A stretch of DNA of 64,000 nucleotides from Sminthopsis crassicaudata (GCF_048593235.1 NC_133620.1:449901261-449965260); one strand, 5' to 3'. Shown: positions 1-11,689, numbered from the stretch's first letter. Translations and numbers: made by a program. The notes: generated from the letters alone by a model not told the origin.

Positions 1-577
1 CCTCTCCTCTGCCCCCCGCCCCCCAGCTTATACATTTTAACCAGTTATGTTTGACAGGAAATACTGTGGCCTTGGAGTCAGAGATGGGTTCAAATCCTGC
101 CTCTGACCACACCGTCTCATGCCCAGAAATGGTTTCTGACTCCTGACCTCGGTAAATGACCGAGACTCTCAGCGGCCCACAAACCCACCAAGCTGCGATG
201 CTACGAGCCCCTGCGGCCCAAAGAGGTCCTTCTGTCCGTTTCATTGCAGATCCAGTCCCCGGGGTAGAGCTACCGGGTCATGTGTCTATGCCCCCCCCCC
301 CCCAACTCAGGAGTTACGAGATGTGACGGGCCCTCTTGGTTGATGCAAAGACCCTCGTGCTGCTGCAGCAGCTAAGGCGAGCCCGCTCTGGATGACGCAC
401 AGCCTGGAAGGGCAGGTTTCTGCTCTAACTGCCTTCCATCAGAGAGGGCTTCCGCAAGGCCAGCTTAAGAGTCAGTTCTGCAGCCTCAGCGCTCTCGCTC
501 TGGCAAGTGGCCACGGCCCTGGCTGAGGAGAAGCTGGCACCGAGGGCCTCCACGGTGCTAAGTCAGCATTCGCCTCT

Positions 578-705
578 TCAGCCCCGGCCAAGAAAGCTCT
601 GATTCCCAGCGCAGTGCTCGGGGCCTGTGGGAGAGGGGCCGCTGTCAGGCGGGAGGGGAGTGCCAGAGGAGAAGGGCAGCTGCTTTGGGAATTCGATGCT
701 GCAGA
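578..705 (-). CDS. Candidate alternative terminal NF1 coding exon (unverified)
   Basis: Good acceptor ctccttgtacatctccctgcag|TCTGC. The phase-1 junction with exon 48 gives VCSIEFPKQLPFSSGTPLPPDSGPSPTGPEHCAGNQSFLGRG*. No homology recognised. Confidence 0.35.
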
Positions 706-1809
706 CTGCAGGGAGATGTACAAGGAGGCCAGGACGATACCGGCCCCCCAGCCCAGGCCGCCCTCCTCCTCCTCCTCCTCCTCCTCCGTGAGAAGAGAAA
801 GCCACTGTTTCAAGTTCCCTCCTTCTCTAACACGGTGAGAAAGGATGTCCAGGGTGGGGACTCGGGGACACTTTGCTGGCATTTCTAACACTGAATGCTC
901 ATTAAACAACTGCAGACAGTAAAAGGTCATAGGGAAAGGAGCTCAGTTAACGGCCCCAAGGTCAGGAAAGGCTCCAGGCCAGTACATCAGGCAGCCGGGT
1001 GACCTCGGGGCAGGGGGAGGTCACTGAGGAGTCCCGGTCTCTCCCTCAGAAAAGAGGGGTTCCTATCATTCACTCTAGCATGTCACGGGGCTCCTGCTGA
1101 AAAGATGCTCTATAACCTGCAAAAGGCTCTGAACATCAGGGCCACGGCCGTTACCCAGAGGTGACCAAGCTTCTAACACGTGAGCCAGGGGCCGAGCAAA
1201 TGGCTGTGGCGGGACCACAAACCGTGAGCCTGTAACTCTCCTGCTCAGGCCGGGCCTTCCCGTTGCCTCTAGGATCACACCTGAATCCTCCCTTGAGCCT
1301 TTACAATTCCACAAAACCCGGCCCCCACCAGCCTCTGCTGGCTCAGTAGAAACTGACTCACCTCCTCCCTACCTTGACCCGGCCCCTTCTATTCCAGCCT
1401 CCCAGCTTCAGGCCTTCGCCCTGGCAAAGGATGTCTAGAATCCGCGGCCTCTGTGCCTCCCCTCAGAGTCCCTGCCTTTCTTTAATTCAGCTCAAACAAC
1501 ATCCTCCACGGGAATCGTCCTCCCCCACGGCTAGTGTCCTTCCTCCCAGATGATCCTGTATTTTGTGATTTTTACATAAATTCTATTTATTCACGCCCTA
1601 TTTATGTTGTATGTTTTCTATGTGCTTTCTTTCCCTATCAGACATGAAAACTCACTCTAAGTGGGGGGTTGCCTTATTTCCCCTTATATCCTCAGTAATA
1701 ATGGTAGGGGGCTGGGGGTGTAGCTGCAGCCGGAATAAGAAGAAACAGCTGATGCTGACCTACTAAGTGCGAGGCACCTGGGCTCAGACTTCACAGTTAT
1801 CATCCCCTT

Positions 1810-2790
1810 TCCTGGCATACAATAGATAAAATGCTGGTTAAGGGATTGTATTCATTGTGTTCACTGTTTTCCTGGCTCTGTTTACTTTACTTTTAAACAT
1901 GAACTCCTACAAATCTTTCCTTAGTATTTAACATTTTCTTTGTAGCAAATTCCATTCAGTACAATTTGTTGAGCCATTTCCCAACTAGTGGGTGTCTAGT
2001 TTGGCATTTCTTTTTGTCACTCACCTCGTAGGGTTTATTCCCAGCAGGGCAATCTCTGGGTCAAAGGGCATGGAGTCCCTTTGCAGGTCTCACTCCAGTC
2101 GCCCTCCAGAAGGGCTGGGCCCAATGCCATCATTACCTACGTAGCCATTCATCTTTACACAAGCCAGCCCCGACATTCTCTGCTTCTGTCTTCTTTGCTC
2201 ATTTGTTTGATGTGAGATCAAACCCGAATTTCCTGTCTTCTGGAGGAACTCCTTCACATTGCTGTTAATAGCACGCAACTTTTGGAAGAATCATTTGTTC
2301 ATCCTTTGACCCCTCACCTTCTGGGGAAGGACCTCTGTGATTTCCGAGAGCAGTCTTGCTATCAAACCTTGCCAGAGATTTCTGATGCACGCTCTTTCCC
2401 CAGCTGAATACTACCCTTCTGGTTGCCTAAATTTTATCCATGCAAATGCTTTTCAATTTTATATAATCAAGACAACCTGACTCCTGTAAAGCCCTTTAGC
2501 CAGATAAGAGCTGGCTGGGTATGATTAGCGTGTGTTCTGCTTTTTAGGATATCCTCAATGGTCTATGTGGGGTATGGTATAAGATGCTGGCCAGAGGCTA
2601 TTTTCTGCTGGAAGGCCCTTTCCAGTTTCCTTCTTATCAAACAGGGCATTCTCTCCGAGAGGAAGCTCACGCGGTAGCTTTACTGAACACTGGCCGGCGT
2701 CGTACTGGTTTGCTGTTCTATTTTTTTAGCCAGCAATAAATGACTCTGACGTTTCCTTATAAAGCACTGCACCAAAGGCTCTGCTTTATG
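1810..2790 (-). mobile_element. Ancient L1 fragment
   Basis: Decayed L1-like motifs (ccatttcccaactagtggg...ctgggtcaaagggcatg; tttgttcatcctttgacc). Boundaries approximate. Confidence 0.55.
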
Positions 2791-3136
2791 CGTGGCTTAC
2801 TTTAGGTTTCGGTGGCACCCCTGCCCAAGCTCTCAGGAGTGAGGGGCGTCTGGTGTCTTCCTCATAGTCCGATGGGCGGCCCTTTCACTGTGCAGATTCT
2901 GACCCCCGCATTTTGTTTATCCAAGAGAATGAAACCGGGGCCGGCCATGAAGCCCAGTCGGTTTTGCAGAGTTTTTGCTACTGTTTGGGAAAGCCTCTTA
3001 GAAAGGACACTCTTTAGCCATAAGGGAACTTTTCAGGGCCTGTTGCTAAGCCCGTATCTCGCAGAGGATTTCTCATGTGTGGATGGGGGTCCCTGCCAAC
3101 ATTCTCATCACAGAGGTGTGTACGTGCACACCTGGA

Positions 3137-3760
3137 TCTGCAGCTGCCATTGCAAGCTTCCTTCCCCAGACTGGCCCAGGGTCACGTCACTCTGCTGGGC
3201 ATGGGCAGGGCCTGCTCAGGTGAGCCCCGGTGTGGGCACTGCCACGCTGGCTCTGGAGCAGAGGGACTTTCAGACTCTTCCCTGCCACACATGGGTCTCT
3301 TTCCTGTGGCTGTCAGAGCCGGGAAACTCTCCACAAAGAAAAGTCACTTCAAGTGTTGCACAGCATCACCCGTCTCTTAATAACCAGTTTCTATGATCAC
3401 GACAAAGTAATTTCCAAGTACAGAATCCCTCCCCTTTCCATGGTCGCTGGGAAACGAATTACAAAGATAGTTCAAAAAACTAAAGTTCATTCTCCTCCTT
3501 GTAGCCCTAAGTTCCTGTAACTTGTCTGTCTTTAAAAACTTAAAAAAAAAAAAAAATTTAGTAAGAGGAAAGGGGCCTGCAATTTCACTAAATCTTAGCC
3601 ATTGTGAATGGAATCATTTCCTCAGATCCCTGCTCTCTGAAATCGTGACTTAATCATGATTAACTACTCTGCCCTGTTAACAGCAATCACTACATCATGC
3701 CCTACTCAAGCCTAGGTCTGCAGCTGCCATTGCAAGCTTCCTTCCCCAGCCTGGCCCAGG
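3137..3760 (+). repeat. Pair of 44-bp direct repeats (3137-3180 and 3717-3760), 43/44 identical
   Basis: TCTGCAGCTGCCATTGCAAGCTTCCTTCCCCAG(A/C)CTGGCCCAGG, 580 bp apart. Confidence 0.92.
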
Positions 3761-4851
3761 ATCCTCTTAGCTGCACCATCCCCCGCTCCTCGTTTCTGCT
3801 TTAGCCTTCCACAAGAGCTCCAATGGCTTGCCAGGCCACCCAGCCAGTCTGCTCAGAAGCAGGTCCTGAACCTGGGTCTAGGGGACACTGAGGCTGTCAG
3901 GCTCCTGCCTCTTTCCCTCCTCCCACGGGGCTTCAGTATTCTTGGGCACCGAGTCTGAAAAACCCCACTCTAGGAAGAGGCTCCTCCTGCCAAGAAAGGC
4001 CCGAGGTGTAAAATAAATTAGAGAGATCTGTTAGAAGGCTACTCTCCTCCACAGACTTCTTGGTCCCGAGTGACCAGAGGGTGAGGTAGGTTCCTGCTTT
4101 TGAAGTCCTCCGTGGATCATCTCACCCTCTGTTAAGGGTCCTACAGTGACTTCTTATGCAGTACGGAACAATGTGAGCCCCTCTGCCCGGCCTTTGAGGC
4201 CCTCCCCAAGGGGCTTCAGCTGTCATTTCCAGCCTCCTTGTATCCTCAGACCTGCCCAGGCCCCCTGTGGGATCCCGCCAAAGCAGGCCCCTGGCCATCC
4301 TGTGCTTTCTGGGCCGCTGGCTGCTGAGTTGCCTCTCCTAACTTGGTCTGCCACCAGGCAGATAATGATGTCTTTCCCTTCAGACCTCAAACGCACTTCA
4401 TTTTAATGCATTTTTGCATTATTTTACATTACAATGCCCTGGGTGCCATCTCCCCCTACTATGTACAGTAAACTTGCATCCATATTCTCTATCCAATCTG
4501 CACACAGTAGGGACTTAACACACAAGCATCTGTTGGACAGTCTCTTCCTCTGAAACACTCACTGCGCGCCTGCATCACAAGGGACCTGAGGACAGCAGCA
4601 GTACGGCTGCAGGCCACTGGCCCTGCTAGACCAGACAAACCCCTCCTGGAACATCCTGGGAACGGGCTGAATGTCTATCTTCCCACTACCCTGGGAATGA
4701 AGGTCCCGAATGGAAGCACAAACCAAAGCTTGAGGTTAACAGCTACCGGGTCTCTGCACGTCGGCGCCAGACTGACAGGAAGGAGGGATCTGCACTGCTC
4801 TGGCTCCTGAGCACCATGAGCCCGCCTTGCTCGGAGAGCCCCTTTCCTTAC

Positions 4852-5068
4852 CTGGGGAATGCTGGGAAGTTGCCAGTGAGGTCATGGAGTTAGAGAGGTT
4901 GAGGTTCGCAGTGATACTAAGTTGGCTCTGCACTGCGGGTGGGTAGGGAGAGGTGGGCGTTAGGAGGGACTCCTCACTGGCTTCCTCATCGATTCCGGGC
5001 AGATACGTGTCAATCAAGGCATCGAGAAACTTCACGATGAGCTCGGCATAGTCTGGGATCTGCGTCTG
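4852..5068 (-). CDS. NF1: NF1 exon legacy 48 (57), 217 bp
   Basis: tttgcag|CAGACG...TCCCCAG|gtaagg; QTQIPDYAELIVKFLDALIDTYLPGIDEEASEESLLTPTSPYPPAVQSQLSITANLNLSNSMTSLATSQHSP. Confidence 0.97.
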
Positions 5069-6915
5069 CTGCAAAGAGAAAGGACATCTCCAGATCCGTT
5101 CCCATTTGTCACTGACACAGAGCCCCAGGGGGCGGGTCTGTGGGGGGACCAACTATGTGCACTGGCCCGTTTCCTGTGATCAGAGCCCACTCCGGGTCAC
5201 CTGGCCCCATTCTAGGAGTTCACCGTGAGCTGGCCTGTATGCTGTTCTTTCTAGCTCTCTTCCTAGCAGCAATCCCCACCAGCCATTTTTGTTTGGTCCT
5301 TTCCAGTGTAATGATCATTCTTTTTGGCATAGAAACAAAAGCAGAACAAAATATCCCTTTTCATCGTCAGTGTCTATCCATCCGAACAATAATGCTCTTC
5401 CTTTTCTCCCTCTCCTCCCTAAGAAAGTTTCAACAACGCCCAGGGGTCCAAAGAGCCTGTAAAGCTCCTAGATGAATTTTCCAGGAGCCAGAGGCCACCT
5501 GTTCTGTGCTTCCTCTTGAACAAACGTACAGAGCAAATCTGGCTCTGGACTTCTGGGATGTCCAATCCCAGCTTTCTTCACAGACCAGAGCCAAGGAGAG
5601 AGACCCGATACGCTGCCTTCACTCCTGTGATCATTTGGTGGATTTAAACACAGACCATGTTTACGTGGTCATTTGATCAGGACACACGACTAAAAACCTG
5701 CATGGCATTCTGAAGGCTAAACTTTCAGGACAGCTCCTGAGCTCTGGCTCTCCAGAGAGAGTTTAACTGGGAAGGAATGTGTCGCAGGGAGAGAACAGGG
5801 CTCGGAGCGGGAAGACATGACGGAGTGAAGCCCTCCCTGTCACATACAGGGCTGTGGGACTGACCTGTCGAGGCTCAGCCACCGTGACGCCACAGAAGGA
5901 AAAAGTTTCTACATTGGCTGATCCTCACAACAACAGACTAAGATCAAGACTTTTTTTTTAATTCACAATCTAAAAAGCTAACTTTTTACAACTGGGGAAG
6001 AATTCACTCAATCAACTAACACTTATTTAGTTTAGCACCACCCGTATCTCGAGCACCGTAGCCCTGTGGTGAGGTGAGGGGCTTACTTCCTCATGACTTT
6101 CAATACTGCATAACCTCCCTCAATGTCTGTTCCCTCCCTCAAAGCTGATTGTCAGTCATCTAGAAGTCTGTAGAAAGTCTTCAAGAGGTACCAGAGCTCC
6201 ACAAAGCTGAGCGCCCTTCAGCCAAGTGGGCCCTGAACCTCTGGCACGGACCACTGGCAGATGGTCATCATTGAGCCCAAAGTCAGAATCCACAACGTTC
6301 TGAGAGAGCGCTTGGGGAAACCAAGGGCTGGGCCAGGCCAGGACGGAGAGAAAGAAAAGTTCCGCTTTCAATCCCCATTCATGGTCTAGTTGATTGAATG
6401 CTAGAACAGATGGCAATCAAAGAGTAGTTTTTAATACATAAATGCATCTTAATGCATAAAAAATTAGAAAATGTTAATGCAATCCATCCAGTGGAAACTA
6501 CTATATAAACTGAACATTTGGACTGAGAGGATCCCCCAGGAGGGGCCTAGAAAGGATTTAAAAAATAATGAGATAAGCACATGACTTAGCGTGCTTTTTC
6601 CTGACTGAAATACACGAAGCAGGCAGACTCAATTATCGAAGAGACAAGAGAAGACGGAAGCTGTCCCCCGAAGAAGGGTTTCCAACGGCTTCCTCGGCTT
6701 CATCGAAGAGATGCGCCCCAAGAGACGGAGACTACATGGCCTCTAAGCGGAACTCACATCTAGAGGAGCTCGCCAGAGGAAGGCTTTCTGAAGCTTCTCT
6801 TAAATATTAACAGAGGACCCACCCTGCTCTTTTGAGAACTGTCAAAACTCAGGGCCCATCTCTCATTTGGGAAATATTTTGTTCTGCCATTCACAACAAA
6901 ACGGGGGATTCTTAC

Positions 6916-6962
6916 CTTAGAAAACGGCCCTGCAAACCTCCACAGACCGTTAAAACCGAAAC
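6916..6962 (-). CDS. NF1: NF1 exon legacy 47 (56), 47 bp
   Basis: ttgtag|GTTTCGG...TCTAAG|gtaaga; FGFNGLWRFAGPFSK. Confidence 0.95.
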
Positions 6963-7200
6963 CTACAACAGAACAAAGGCTATTAACTCGTGACCAGCAT
7001 TTCTTTTCCGAAAAATCAGACGAGGAAAGCCACGCGTTTAAAAAATCTCTTCAGATGGGAGGACAATGAAGCTCTGGGGGATGGGCTGGCGACTAAAGCG
7101 CATTTATACGTGCAATAATGGAAGTTATTTCTCCACCGAGGGGACGCGCCAAAGAGCCTCGGGGAGCTGTGCCCAGCCCCGCCCGCCCCAGCGGACTCAC

Positions 7201-7343
7201 TCTGGAGGTAGGCCGTCTGGTACTGCGGCGGGGCCTCTTCGTGGTAGACCACGCTCTGCACAATTCCGTGGACCGGGTTTAGCAAATTCGGGTCTTGGCA
7301 TAAGGAGAGCAGAGTGTTTATCTTTGAGTCCAACAAATTATGT
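7201..7343 (-). CDS. NF1: NF1 exon legacy 46 (55), 143 bp
   Basis: ttttag|ACATAAT...CTCCAGA|gtgagt; HNLLDSKINTLLSLCQDPNLLNPVHGIVQSVVYHEEAPPQYQTAYLQ. Confidence 0.96.
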
Positions 7344-7710
7344 CTAAAAAAACAGAGAGACACTTAACAAGATTAAGAGAACAACGACAACAAAACGTTA
7401 GAAAAATAAGATAATGTCCGTCCTCACGTAGCCAACACCCAAGAAAGCGTCGTTCACTCGGTTGCTTTGAATTTTGAATTCGGCAGTAGCCGCTCAGCTT
7501 GCCTCTGCGCCTCTCCCCCTCCCCTTCCTATCTCAGCTGATAAGCGAGCAAAGAATGGAAAGAAAAACGAAAAATGCCTCAGAGTAGTCAAAGGAAACAC
7601 CATTAGGAAGATGAAAATCTGTTGGCAAGGAGAAGAAACCCATAAAATAGAGCGTAAGTTCCTGGGCCCTCTATTGAGCACCTCAATCAGTATATAAGAA
7701 ACGACTCTAA

Positions 7711-7850
7711 GAGGCCACTAGGGGGCGCCGTGGATGGAGCCCCAGGCCTGAATTCAGGAGGACCCGAGTTCAAATCTGGCCTCAGACCTAACACTTCCCA
7801 GCTTTGTGACCCTGGGCAAGTCACTTAACCCCAGCCTGGGGGGGGGGGAA
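7711..7850 (+). mobile_element. WSINE1-type tRNA-derived SINE
   Basis: CTAGGGGGCGCCGTGGATGGAGC...GAGTTCAAATCTGGCCTCAGAC...GTGACCCTGGGCAAGTCACTTAACCCC, ending in a poly-G run. Confidence 0.88.
7715..7728 (+). promoter_or_regulatory. Consensus CTCF core motif inside a SINE head
   Basis: GGCCACTAGGGGGCGCC matches the CTCF consensus CCACYAGRGGGCGC. Binding untested. Confidence 0.55.
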
Positions 7851-8430
7851 GACCATAAACAGTTAATATTTTAAAAAAGAAATAAACCTAATAGAATAAA
7901 GTAACAAAAAGAGAGCTCAGAACTGCGGCTTATTCTCCTTGAACTTCTACATTTAAAAAACACCTGGACAAAGTGTCCCGGAGCCTGAAGTTCAGCAGAG
8001 ACTTCTGGGGGAACAAGAAGGGAGGAGAATGGGGAAACGGCGCGGCGGCACGGACCCCGTTCAGGAGGACGGGACCCGCTGCGATTAAAGGAAACGCAGA
8101 AATGAAAGGCAGACGATGCTGGGAAGTTCTGACCGGCCTCCCCTCCGGGTCCAGGAATAAAGACGGCAAGTTCCGCCACCTCCATCTCCCCCTCTGACCT
8201 TTCCTAACAAGACTACTGAGGTGGCGCGGCGGCCGCGGGGTCATGGTGACGAAGGCAGTGGAGGAGGATGAGGATGAGGATGACGTCGGTGACGATCAGC
8301 ACCAGCGGTGTGATAGCGGGGAGCGGTGGCCACCGCGGGGGTTGGCGCGGCGGTTGTGGGGGAGGGGGCGGCGGCAGGAACTAGTGCAGCCTTTAACTCA
8401 GCTGAGTAAAGGGCCGAAGCGCACACTTAC

Positions 8431-8531
8431 ACCACTGGAAAAACCTTTGGGAAGACAACGCTGGCCTCGGCTAAGTACTCATAGAGAATGCGCTGGTCAA
8501 ACTCGTCGGCGGTGTACTTCACCAGAGTGGC
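8431..8531 (-). CDS. NF1: NF1 exon legacy 45 (54), 101 bp
   Basis: ccacag|GCCACT...GTGGT|gtaagt; ATLVKYTADEFDQRILYEYLAEASVVFPKVFPVV. Confidence 0.96.
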
Positions 8532-8754
8532 CTGTGGGGCAAGAGCGAAAGAAGCCCAGGGTCACAGCCTGGCTTTGGGCTCGCGGCTCCCGAGAGCGCC
8601 CGTCCGTGGTCAAGCAGACCAGCCTGAGACGGCAGCATCTGAAAAAGCGACTCCGGTGTCCGTGACAACCGACACGAGACTCCTCGGCTTCCCCCTCCTC
8701 GGCCACCCCCCCAACATCCTTCCCTGGGCAGGCCTACGAGGGCCGGGCCCTTAC

Positions 8755-8882
8755 CAGGACGGTGAGAAGAAGAGCCTGGGTCTTGGGGTCTGTGAGCACT
8801 TCCTCATCCAGCAGCACGTTGGATTCGGACACGGACACTTTCCGTAGCGGCGGGTGTGGCTGGGGGGAGATCCTCTGGGTTT
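8755..8882 (-). CDS. NF1: NF1 exon legacy 44 (53), 128 bp (one codon shorter than the recalled human 131 bp)
   Basis: ttgcag|AAACCC...GTCCTG|gtaagg; ETQRISPQPHPPLRKVSVSESNVLLDEEVLTDPKTQALLLTVL. Confidence 0.95.
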
Positions 8883-9070
8883 CTGCAAGACAACGGGCCC
8901 GGGCTGTTACAAGAGCAGCTGCAGTGACCCCAGGTGCAGATCGCTGCCCCCCAAAGTTAACAAACGCGAGCCCCGGAGCCGCCCTCCCTCTGAGGCACGG
9001 CCGTCCCAGGGATGTCGGAGGCGGCCGCGCGAGCTCCTCGCTGGAGACCCCTGAGCCACCCGCTTCTCAC

Positions 9071-9193
9071 CCATCTCGTAGTCGTTCTCGGCTACTCTCC
9101 TCATTTTGGGGGGCGTGGTGACTCCAGACTCCTGTTCTTGCCTTTTGGGAGCTTTGGCGTCAGAGATCAAATGATCGAAGCTTTTCCTCGTCC
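9071..9193 (-). CDS. NF1: NF1 exon legacy 43 (52), 123 bp, carries the bipartite NLS-like KRQEQESGVTTPPKMRR
   Basis: ccctag|GGACGAGG...GAGATGG|gtgaga; GTRKSFDHLISDAKAPKRQEQESGVTTPPKMRRVAENDYEM. Confidence 0.96.
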
Positions 9194-11689
9194 CTAGGGA
9201 GCAGAGCAGAGCACCCCAGGGTTACACGAGGACAAAGGCTTTGGCGCTGAGAACACCCAAGTCCAGGGAACAGAGCGATCACGGAACCGTCTCTGTCGCA
9301 GGTTCTGCTCCGGTGGAGGCCGAGTGTGGCCAGTCCACAGCCCCTGGGGAGTCTGAGCTCCCGGGCGCCGACACCCTGGACCAGCTAAAGTAAACCATCA
9401 GGTGTCTCCCCAAGTTAAGGGGTCACAGGTGTTTTTGTTCGGCGCCGGGAGGGAGAGGAAGGCCTGTGTCTGACTCAGGAATCGAGGCCAGCTCGGTCAG
9501 AGAAGCCACCAAAAAAGACACCTGGAACCAGGATCCCAACACTGAACAGAGGTTCCCAAGGATGGCAGGGTTCTGGCAAAAATTAAGTCTGACTCAGGCC
9601 CGCTCCCCCACCAAGACCCGGAGCCTCCCCACATGTTTCCTCCTCTGTAAATGAGGGCTTGGGCTAGACCATGCCCACAGTTGCTACCAGCCCGAGCATC
9701 CTACGATCCTGTGAATACAGACTCAGCTCAGGGGCACTGACAGGGAAAGCAAAGCGTCCTTTGTTAAGGATGGACCCGTCCTCCCCGTCTCATACGTGGT
9801 GCAGAGTGTGCCCAGCTGAAGAATCCGCCTGCCTCCAGGGCCATTCTCTCATGGATCGCAATCAGAGGCCCCCGGGAGCCGAGGACTATGACATAGCCTG
9901 GTTTTTGCTGGAGGCAGGGGGGATGCTGGGGAGCTCCGGGGCAGGCGTGGGGCCTGGCTCTGCTCCCTGGACGTGGCCGGGGCCTTCAGTGGATTCTCAC
10001 CGGAACCGGGTGCTCCCCCAGGATGTCGTGAGGACCAAAGGAGATAAGGCACACCTTTTGTAACCACCTCACATGACAGAAATGGAAGCCACTGTCTTTG
10101 GGTCCTGATGGCGCTGACTTCTGGGTATGGTTTAAAGGAAACCTGAAACCCAGAGCCCTTTCACGCAAACTCTATAGAGAGCTGCACAGTTCACTTCAGG
10201 GGACACGTATTTACCTACTATTTCCAGGCATTTTACAAAGCTATCACTGTACACAGGCTGACACGCTTTCTCCTACACTTTTATTTGACCTCCTCTGATG
10301 AGTAAAATGAAACTGGAGTCACCAGAACCTCTGGAGGCTTAAGAGGAGGAGATCCAGTCGTATGATTCAAACAGAACCTAACGGAAACCCGGTGCACGTT
10401 CTGGCCACTGGCATTTGGCCCCTGACTGTGACTCCAGTCTGTCTCTTTCCCATTTCCCCTGTTATAGGAATGGTTCCCCCACCTCCACCCCCCGCCCCAC
10501 AACCCCAAGTCAGTCTGTTTTATTTCTAGATGTCTTTGTGACCATCTAGTTATTCATACAGCATCCTTTCATTTGATAACATATTTCACCATTAGTGAAT
10601 TGCAAGACCCACTGAGCTATGAATGCCCTTCGGCCATCATGAGATCATCTGGACCGCTGGGCTTTTTCTCTGTGATGACCTCAGCTGTCTATGACAGATG
10701 AGCTCTCACGGGTAGAGCTCCAGTAACTGAAAAATAAAATGATTTAATAATAGTTTCTAACCTCACTTGCTCTCATTTAACTGACATAGTAACTACATCC
10801 TTAAGATCTGCCTCTGAAAGGTCTCATTTTAGGAGGAAAGTGAAAGATCTGATTTTAGGAGGAAAAGGAAAAAACAGACAACAGTGAACTACTAGTTACT
10901 TGCATCAGAGTGAAAGATTCTGCTCTGAGGTTGAAATTTTTGGAGACCTAGGCCTAGGGCTCTGGAAGCCCCTGCTTGAGCCCAGAGGAGGCTTCCCTTG
11001 TAGAATCCATGTCTTAAGCAGAAAGGAGAAACCCAAGACAGCCCAAAGGCTGAAACTCATAGGCAAGCCTAGAGTCCTCACCAAGAGTTCCACATCAAGC
11101 GATCAAAGTTTATTTATATATTTTAGGGGGATATTTCTTGCAGAAACCATAATAGTTTATTAATGCAGTCAGAAAAAGAAATCAAAATAGCTGGATTGGA
11201 CATTTAGAATGGCTAGTCCAAACCCTTCATTTTACAGAGAGGAAAAATGGCTTATCCAGGGTAATAAGGCTAGTGAGCAGCAAGGCCAGGAGGTAAATTC
11301 TGGTTTCCTGACTCCCGTGCCTCTAGTGCACAAATGCTCTATCATCAGGTTTTCTAGCCCATCAAACTTCCCTTAATCACAAAAGCAGAAAATGATCAAT
11401 CAATGTCTCTGCCAACTTTCTGTTACAAAAGATAAAAGAATCAGTCCTCAATCTTGGAAAATTGATAAAAAAATATACTGTACACCTGCCCAGCTGCTTT
11501 ATAGAGCAGCACCTCCCACATGTGCTTCATCCCACAACAGCCCTGGAAGGAACAAACTGAGGTTGAGAAATTAAATGATTTGTTCAAGGTCATTCAACTA
11601 GCAGATCGTAGAGCTAGAATTTGAACCCAGATGACTAAGGCTAAGTCCCGTGGTTTTTTTGTTTTTTTAACCATGCTGGTTTCCCATTA

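Noticed and set aside
472-930. 152-aa minus-strand ORF with poly-Glu
   Set aside because: Driven by a (CCT)n low-complexity tract; its frame does not join NF1 exon 48.
2812-3396. 194-aa plus-strand ORF
   Set aside because: No recognisable domain, non-ATG start, overlaps repeat-derived and intronic sequence; expected by chance in GC-rich DNA.
7528-7544. Compact GATA / E-box / GATA cluster (CTATCTCAGCTGATAAG)
   Set aside because: Short motifs with non-canonical spacing and no independent support.
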